The position numbers were made by a program, and so were the translations under genes. Below the pieces are notes generated by a model that saw only the letters and a list, made by a program, of their open reading frames with translations, made no database searches and was not told the DNA's origin. Positions 41,737 through 50,100 of a stretch of 64,000 nt of DNA are shown piece after piece. The number at the start of each line of letters is the position of its first letter. Position 1 is the stretch's first letter. The stretch covers positions 480,001-544,000 of the forward strand of contig CAXWPH010000014.1 of the NCBI GenBank assembly GCA_963666055.2, given 5' to 3'. Source of the stretch: Acidobacteriota bacterium (GTDB lineage Bacteria; Acidobacteriota; UBA890; WLXD01).

Positions 41737-42399
41737 ATGGGACCGCGACCGTTCGAGCCGACATTCGAGAGCTTACCGGGGGTGCTTCCGGTTTTTCCGT
41801 TGTCCGGTGCCCTCCTACTGCCGCGCTGCCGTCTCCCCCTCAACATCTTCGAGCCGCGCTACTTGCAGATGACCGAAGATGCGCTGGCCGGCGATCGTTT
41901 CATCGGCATGGTGCAGCCGCGCGATCCTGAACCGTTCGACCATCGCCCCGATATCTTCCCCACAGGCTGTGCGGGGCGCATCAGCTCCTTCAGCAAAACC
42001 GACGACGGCCGCATGCTGATTATCCTGACCGGGGTCAGCCGCTTCGACGTCGAGTCAGAGCTCGGTACCGACTCGCCGTATCGTCAGATAGTGCCGCGTT
42101 GGGACAGATATCGCTCGGATCTGATCGAGCAAGCCGACGGCGCCATCGATCGAGAGCGGCTCTACGCCTCGCTGCGTGTGTACTTCGAGTCGCGCGATCT
42201 CGACACCGATTGGGAGATGCTCGAGGAGGCCACCGACGAGCACCTGATCAACTCGTTGGCGATGTCTTGTCCTTTCGGCCCTTCCGAAAGGCAGGCTCTG
42301 CTCGAGGCCGGTGATGTGACCGAGCGTGGCCGCCTGATGCTCGCGCTCCTCGACATGGCAACCCTCGATCAGGTGGGCGGCGAGCTGCCGCTGCAGTAG
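41737..42399 (+). CDS. LON peptidase N-terminal (substrate-binding) domain protein
   Basis: LPVFPL..LPLNIFEPRY, GCAG..DGR. Confidence 0.92.
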   Translation: MGPRPFEPTFESLPGVLPVFPLSGALLLPRCRLPLNIFEPRYLQMTEDALAGDRFIGMVQPRDPEPFDHRPDIFPTGCAGRISSFSKTDDGRMLIILTGVSRFDVESELGTDSPYRQIVPRWDRYRSDLIEQADGAIDRERLYASLRVYFESRDLDTDWEMLEEATDEHLINSLAMSCPFGPSERQALLEAGDVTERGRLMLALLDMATLDQVGGELPLQ

Positions 42400-42417
42400 T
42401 TCAGGGCTCCAAACTTC

Positions 42418-43938
42418 TTACCGGCGGACGTTTTGGCGTTTTCGCAAAACCTGCCCCGGCCGCGCCCCGGTTGGCGCGCCGTCACGCCACACCAGCTCAC
42501 CGCCGACCCAGACGTACTCGATCCCGGTCGACAACAGCTCGGGCTCCTCGAACGTGCTGCGATCGCCTACCGTTCCGGGGTCGAAAGCCACCAGGTCGGC
42601 AATCGCGCCGCGCCGTACCACGCCGCGCTGCTCGAGCCCAAGGCGCTGCGCCGGCATGGAGGTCATCTTGTGCACGGCTAGCTCCAGCGACATCACCTGC
42701 TCGTCGCGGACGTAGCGCCCCAAGACGCGGGGGAAGGTGCCGGCGCCACGCGGATGGGCGCTGCCGATGCCGCCATCGCTGCACACCATGACCAACGGAC
42801 TGGCGGCGAACCGGTCGACGTCTTCGAGCTTCATGGTGTGGCCGATCACGCCGCCGCCGCCGGCCTCCATCATCTCGATGTACATTTCGACCGGGGTCTT
42901 GTTCTTAAGCTCGGCGATCTCGTCGAGCCGCAATCCTTCTACTGACGGGTCGGGTTCGTAGCGCGTTACCTGTATCCGGTTGGCACCGCCCAGCGCCGCG
43001 AGCCCTTCGGCAACGGCTTCCGGATCGCTGAAGCGGCGCGAGCGCACGACGATCGACAGCGACGAGGCCCAGGCCGGGTAGGGATACCAATCGGCCGTGA
43101 TGTCAAGGCCGCTCTGGCGCGCCGCGGCGAGCTTGTCGAGCGCCTCCTCCGATCGATCCCAAACGCTGGCGTTGCCCATCTTGATGTGTGAGATCTGCAC
43201 CGGCAGGCCGCCTTCAAACCCGATCCGAATGACTTCGTCGATGGCGTCCATGACGGTCTCTTCCTCGTCGCGCATGTGAGACATGTAAAAGCCGCCGAAG
43301 CCTGCGGCTACCTCGGCCAGTGCGATCAGCTCTTCGGTGCTCGAGTAGAAGCCGGGGTCGTATTCCAGGCCGCTCGACAGGCCGAAGGCGCCTTCTTCCA
43401 TGCCGGTACGGATGAGCTCGGCCATCTGCGTTACTTCCTGCGCCGTGGCCTGGCGCTTGAAGTCGTCGCCCATTACCTGACGGCGCGCCGTGCCGTGTCC
43501 GACCAAGGTGGCCACGTTGACCACCGGCTGCGCCGCCTCGACCTGGCGCAAGTATTCACCGACCGGCCACTGCGAGCCGCCGTCGGCGCCGCCGACGATG
43601 GTGGTGAGCCCCTGGGAGATCAGCGCCTCGGCTTGAGGTTGCCGAATGATGGCGCGGTCCGAGTGGTTGTGAATGTCGATGAATCCGGGCGCCAGCACGA
43701 GGCCGTCGAGGTCGATGACGCTCGGATTGTCACCCGGTTCCATGCGCCTGCCTTCCTCGACGCTGACGATGCGCCCGTTCTCGATCACCACGTGGCCGGT
43801 GAACGGGCGACTGTTCAGGCCGTCGACGATCGTCGCGTTGATCAGCAGCACACGGCCCTGCTGCGCGGCGCCGGAGCCGGTGATCGTGAGCACCGCGATG
43901 AACAGGCCGATGAGAATTCTGACGCTGTTAGGTCGCAT
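42418..43938 (-). CDS. D-aminoacylase family amidohydrolase, secreted
   Basis: PGFIDIHNHSD, GLSSGLEY, SHMRDE, HPRGAGTFPR. Confidence 0.92.
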   Translation of the reverse strand: MRPNSVRILIGLFIAVLTITGSGAAQQGRVLLINATIVDGLNSRPFTGHVVIENGRIVSVEEGRRMEPGDNPSVIDLDGLVLAPGFIDIHNHSDRAIIRQPQAEALISQGLTTIVGGADGGSQWPVGEYLRQVEAAQPVVNVATLVGHGTARRQVMGDDFKRQATAQEVTQMAELIRTGMEEGAFGLSSGLEYDPGFYSSTEELIALAEVAAGFGGFYMSHMRDEEETVMDAIDEVIRIGFEGGLPVQISHIKMGNASVWDRSEEALDKLAAARQSGLDITADWYPYPAWASSLSIVVRSRRFSDPEAVAEGLAALGGANRIQVTRYEPDPSVEGLRLDEIAELKNKTPVEMYIEMMEAGGGGVIGHTMKLEDVDRFAASPLVMVCSDGGIGSAHPRGAGTFPRVLGRYVRDEQVMSLELAVHKMTSMPAQRLGLEQRGVVRRGAIADLVAFDPGTVGDRSTFEEPELLSTGIEYVWVGGELVWRDGAPTGARPGQVLRKRQNVRR

Positions 43939-44190
43939 CGAGATTGTCTCCCGGGTAATTCGATTGTTGCTCGGGCACGAGTCTGCGTGGCGTTGGAGGC
44001 TTGCGCAAGGGGGGCGCGGCGCGCCGCGGAAAGGTCGTCGGCTACCGCACCGGGCGGCAGCCCGATATCCTTGTAAAAAGCAGCCTCAAGCGCCCGTCCG
44101 CCGAGGCCCCACCCTTTATATTCGAGCCGTACTTCATACGTCCCGGGCGATTTGGACACGCGTTTCTCATGATGGCTGGAGTTCTTCATT

Positions 44191-47100
44191 TTGGAGCAGA
44201 ACCGCTTTGACGTCATCGTCGTAGGCGGTGGCCCTGCCGGTATCACCGCTGCAACCGCACTCGGCCGCGCCGGGTTCTCGGTACTCGTTTGCGAGGCGGC
44301 GGTGTATCCAGGAGCCGAGAACTGGTCCGGCGCCGTTTATTTCGCCGAGAACATCGAGGCTCCGGAGGCCTTCGGCCGGGCGGCGATCGAAAGCGGTCCC
44401 ATTGAGCGCCCGCTCGTCGAGCGTGGCTTCTACTCCTACAACGGCCACTCGATGTTGGGCGCGGCACTGCGCGACCCGAAGGTGTTCCGCTCCTGCTACA
44501 CGGTTCTGCGGCCGGTTTTTGACCGCTACCTCGCTGAGCTTGCCCGCGAGCACGGCGTCGTGTTGCTGTGCGAGACCACCGTCCAGAGCCTGATCCGCCA
44601 CCAGGGCCGCATCATCGGCGTGCACACCGAGCGCGGTCCGGCCTATGCCGATGTCGTGTTCCTGGCCGAGGGCGACGCCTCGCACCTGGTGACGCAGGAG
44701 GGCTACGAGCGCGTCGGTCCGGACGCCGGCGAGGGGGGATCGGAGAGCGGCCCGCACTTCCTGCAGGGCGTGAAGGAAGTCGTTTCGCTGTCGCCCGAGA
44801 TCATCGAGGAGCGTTTCGGGCTGCCGGCCGGGGGCGGCGGCGCCTACGAAATACTGCTGCGCAACGGCACACGCCATGGCCGCACCGTGCGCCTCAACAT
44901 GGGTGGCTTCATCTACACCAATCGCGACAGCTTGTCACTGGGATTCGTGCTGCCTGTCGATAACCTGGCGGAGAATTTCGACGGCGACCACAACCTGCTG
45001 ATGGAGTGGTTCAAGGGGCTGCCGGAGATCGAGCGCTGGATTGACGGCGGCGAAGTAACTTCCTACGGCGCGAAGATCATCCGCGGCGGCGGCTTGCGTG
45101 AGATCCCGCGGCTGATCGACGATGGCCTGGCGATCGGCGGCGCCGCCAGCGGCATCGGCCTCGACTTTCCGTACCCCAACTTCACCGGCCCGGCGACGGC
45201 GATGGGCCTCTTGTTCGCCGCCGCTGTGCAGAAGATCGCCGCCGACAACGGCGGTCCGGGCGGCGGTTCCGGCGACTGTCCGTTCAGCGCCGCGGCGCTC
45301 GAGCAGACCTACGTCAGGCCGCTGCAGCGAACCCACTACTACCGCAACGTCGAGCGCCTCGCCGACTGGCCCGGGTACATCGAGCGCACCCGTTTCTTCT
45401 TCGATCAGCAGGTCGATCTCGCCAATAGCGTGGCGTTCATCGTGTCGCGTCCCGACATCTCCGCGCCGCGTCGCTGGTGGGAGGCGCTGCGCCTCGAGCG
45501 CCGGCTCATCGTGACCAAGCACTTCAAGAGCGTGCTTGCTGACTTGCGGGAGAATTCCGGGGCCCTCGGCCTCGGGCGGGCCGCCCGGGAGGGTTTTGGT
45601 ATCGGCACACCCGTGCGCTGGTTGTTCAACACCGTCTCAGCCTTGTTGCCGAGCCGCCGCACATCCATTGGCGGCGACAAGTCAACGGGTGTTGCGATCG
45701 CCACCACGCCCGGTGGCGGCGAGTTTCGTGTGACGTATCGGGTCCTGGCGGGCGCCGAGGTGCCCGGTCGTTTGCCGCTCGTTGCCCGGTGGTACTGGAA
45801 ACGCTTCGGCCCGGCGATGGGCGATGCCTTCGCCGACGTCTACACGAACGACGACGAGCCGCTGGATACCAAGTTGCCGCGTGCCTTGGGTCGTTTGATC
45901 GACCAGTTTTCCGCGTGGGATGCGGTGCTGTCCGTCGTCTCCTTGGTGGCGGGAGCCCTGACCTTGCTGGCCCAGTCTTCGATCGAGTGGTTCCAGTACG
46001 CCGTGCTGAAGAAGGATCTGTCGGCGTTTCGCGAGCAGTTCGTCGCCCGGTTGCTCGATGACAATCGCCGCCGTATCCGCCTCGATGACGACGCCGTGGA
46101 GATCAGGACGTCCTACGAGCACAAGCTCGGCACGATTCGCTATCGCGTGGGGCAGCATTCGCACATCAAAGTGCTGTGGCCCGACGATCTTGCGGCGCGT
46201 GGTGAGCTGGTCGACTCGCCGCTGTGGAACGTCTGCCCCGCCAAGGTCTACGAAGTCGATCGGAATCCGCGCGGCATGCCCGGCGTCGTCGTCAACTTCG
46301 ACAACTGTGTCAAGTGTGAGACTTGCTGGCGCGCCACCCCCGACGTGCACTGGAGTCGGGCAACGCAGCAGCGGCTGATCTACGAGACCTATACGCCGAC
46401 CCATGCCGAGCTGCGCAACTACTTGCTGACGCGGACCGAGCCGGTGGCACGTTTGCGACGGCTGCCGAGCTACTGGGAGGCGTACTGGTCGGGATCTTCC
46501 GACTTGTCGACGAGCTCCGAACAAGCGGCGCTTCTGACGGGTGTCGAGGCCGAGCTGCGTCGCTTTAGCGCGGCGCTGGACGGCTACTCACAGGCGCTCG
46601 GCGATTCGCCGCCGGCGCTGGAGCAAGGCGAGCGCTACTACCTGGAGGAACTGCTGGCCTCGGCGACGCGGCGCTTCGAAGCCGCGCGGGCGCTGTGGCA
46701 GACGGAGGCGCTGGAATCGCTGCGCGCAGCAGCCGACGGTGCGGCGGCAGTGTGGGCCGACGCCGCCGAAAGGGTGGAGGAATTGGCGCGGCACGCTGCT
46801 GCCAAGCGCTATTTCTGGTCGGACGTGGTGGGCAAGCAACTTCGCGAGCACCATGTCGAGGGACTTCTCGTTTTACTGCGGCGTGAAGCTGCCGGTGTCG
46901 ATCAACTCGCTCCGCAGCACGGGTTGCCTTCCGAACCGTGCGAGGCATGGTCGTGGATCGCCGGTTGGCCGGCCGTCGAATGCCGGCCGCTGGCATTCGA
47001 AACGCACCGCAAAACGATTCGTGACTGGTGCGACGCGCACGTCGACTCCGCCGTTCTCAACCGGCTCGAGGAGGGGCTGCCGATCAGCACGGAACTTCGC

Positions 47101-50100
47101 GACTGGCTTGCCGCGGAGCTCAGGACGGCGGTTGCGTCGGGGCGCGATGGCGAAACCTGGTCGGACCCGGCAAACCGCGCCACGCCGGCGACGCCCCGCT
47201 ACGGGCAGCGAGACGTATTGCTCGAGGAGCTCTCTGCGTGTGATCCGTCGTTGGCGGCACTGGCCGCCCAGCATCTGCTCGCCTGTGATCTGCTCGACGG
47301 TGTTGCGGCAGCCGATCCGACACTGATTGACAACCTGCGCGCCGGACGGCAGCTGGCGACTGTCGTATCGCAGGGAGCCATTTGCAACGAGCTGATCGTC
47401 TCGGGCAAGGCGGCGGAGGGTGTTGCCGCTGTGGCAGCCGAAGCGGGTGTCGAGCTTCACGGCGTAGCACCGTTGGTTGCTACGGCGTTGGCCGATTGGT
47501 TGCTCGTGGTGCGTGACAATCGCGGCTACCTAGTGCCGATCGATGACCCGGGAGTGAAGCTCGAGGACGTGGGTTGCATCGGGCTGGTCGGCGCCGCCGT
47601 GCGGCGGGTGATCTTCGACGGTTGCGTTGTACCGCCGGAACACCTCTTCGATGTTCCTTCGATCGACGAAAGGTCTGCCTTTACGGCGCCGGCCGTCGGC
47701 GAGCCGTTTGCTGATCTTCTGCGAATCGGCGTGCTCGATCACCTGGCAATCGTGCGGGGCGCGGGCACCTACTTGACGCAGCGTGCGCGTGAGCATGCCG
47801 CCACTCGGGTTCAGTTCCCCGATTCTTTCCAGGACGAGGCCGGCCGGGACACGATCGCCAAGTTCGGCGCCGTGAAGCGACTCATGGCCGAGATGGAAGC
47901 GCAGCGCATCCTGGTGGAGTCGCTCAGTATCATCGATCCGGGACCGACCGACGACCCGTGGATTGGTGCCGCGGTGCGCAAGGTCCTCGCCGCCGACGCC
48001 TTCGGGCCGAATCGAGGCTCGTTGGGCTACAACTGCGGCCAGGTGTTCGCTGGCACGGCATTTTCCGAAGACGACTGCATCGCCAAGTACTACCGCGACA
48101 GCAGTCCGTTCCGCTTCTTGCTCGCCCACGACGACGCGCTGCGTGTCGAGATCGGCCGCCGCCGACTTGCAGCAGTACGGCAGGGCAACTCTTTGGTCCC
48201 GCTGTCGCCGGGCGAGGCGGCGTGGCTCGGTGCCCTGGGTGACGAAGCTCCTTTGGCCGCCGCGGTGCCGCGCTGGGAGGCAGCCTGCGCCAAGATCGAC
48301 GGGTGGGCCGATAGCGTCGCGGCGGCCGACGAACCAATGGCCGAGCTCCTGTGCTTTCAAGCCGGCGGCGTGGTTGCGTCGGCGTTGGCTGTCAAGGTCT
48401 GTCTGTTGCGCACCGGTTGGCGTCTCGAGTCCGGTTTGCCTGCCCAGGCGACGCGCGCAGCGACCAACCTTCTCAACGACGAGTTCTGTGCCGCCGTTCC
48501 GGGGGTCATCGACGATGCTCAACTTCTTGCTGAAACTCTCGAAGTCGGTGACGAGACGATCATCCACGGCGATTTCGAGCCCGCCGCCGACATCGCCGAC
48601 GCGGAGCCCTATCGCGCCGTGCTCGAGACCGATCACGGTGCCGATTCCGGAGAATGGCTGGTCGGAGGTTTCGACGGCGAGCGACTCCGCTACGTGCCCG
48701 AGATCCTGTGGAACGACCCGGAGCTAGGCGCGTTTCGCGACAGGGTGGAGGCGGAGCAGCGACGGCGCTACGTCGAGCCACGCTTCGACGGGCTGACGTA
48801 CAACCGGTATCTCGAGAAGCTGCACATCGTGCCGCGCGATGATCTCGACTACCTGGTTGACGAAGGCTTCCTGCGCATGCCGATCCCGACGTCGCTCGGC
48901 GGTGAAGGGGTACTGAAGGCGCTCTACTACATCGTCTGCGAGATGACGGGTCGCTACGGCGACGCGGCGCTGTCGCTGGCCATAATGGCCAACACGAGTA
49001 TCGGCACGACGCCCATGCTCCTCGGTCTCAAACAGGACCTGCCGCGCGCCCGCGCCGAGCTCGAGAGGGTCAAGGGCGACCCGACGCTGCTCGGCGAGAT
49101 ACACGACGGCCTCGACAAGCTGATCGCCGGCATGGCGCGTCCCGATCTCGAGGCGCTGCAGCGTGACTACCTGGCGCTGATGGAGCTGGTCAAGGCGCGC
49201 ATCGTCAAGTCGAGCGTGCTCAAGTACATCGGCGGCGGCTTCCTGCGCGCTTTCTTCGCCGCCGGACAGGCCGGCGAGCAGCGTGACCTCGACAGCTTTG
49301 CCGACAACCTGCGGCAAGCCCGCGAGCGTCTCGACGAGATCCTCGAAGGTGTCGAGGACCGGCTCATCGAGTACCCGCGCCGCGAGCGGGCGCACGAGCT
49401 GTTCTTGAAGATGATCTCGGCCGGCTACATCTCGGCCTTCGCGCTCACCGAGCCGACTGCAGGATCCGACTCGGGCGGCGTGAAGACATCGGCGCGCCTT
49501 GATCGGCGGCGCGTCTATTGCGACGACGACGGCGTCCTGTACTTCTGGCTCGACGATAAGGCCGAAAGCGAACGGCGCAACCTCCTCGACGCCGACCGGG
49601 TTGGGTTCGACTTCGATCGCCACAAGATGCTCTATCGCTTCTCAGAAGACGCCGAAGCTGCGGAGATCAACCACGACGCCTTCGACTACGACAGCCGGGA
49701 GCTGCCGAGCAAGTGGCGCACCTATCGTCACGGTGATCGCGACGTTGCGTTCACCGACATCGCGCAGATTCGTGAGGATGAGGCCGGTGACCTCTGGTAC
49801 GAGTACTGGGAGCTCAACGGCGTCAAGATGTGGATCACCAACGGGCGCTTCGCCCATTGCTTCGCGCTGTACGCCACGACCGAGCCGGAGGGCGTTACCG
49901 GTTTCATGGTCGACCGCCACGCCGAGGGCATGGTGGTCGGCGCCGACGAAGAGAAGCTCGGCCAGCGTGCCTCGCCCACCAACGAGTTGTCGCTCACCGG
50001 AGTGCGCGTGCCGCGCGAGTGCATCATCGGTTTCCGCGGCCGCGGCCAGGTCAACGCCCTCGAAACGCTGAATACCGGGCGTACCGGCTTGGCGGTGACG

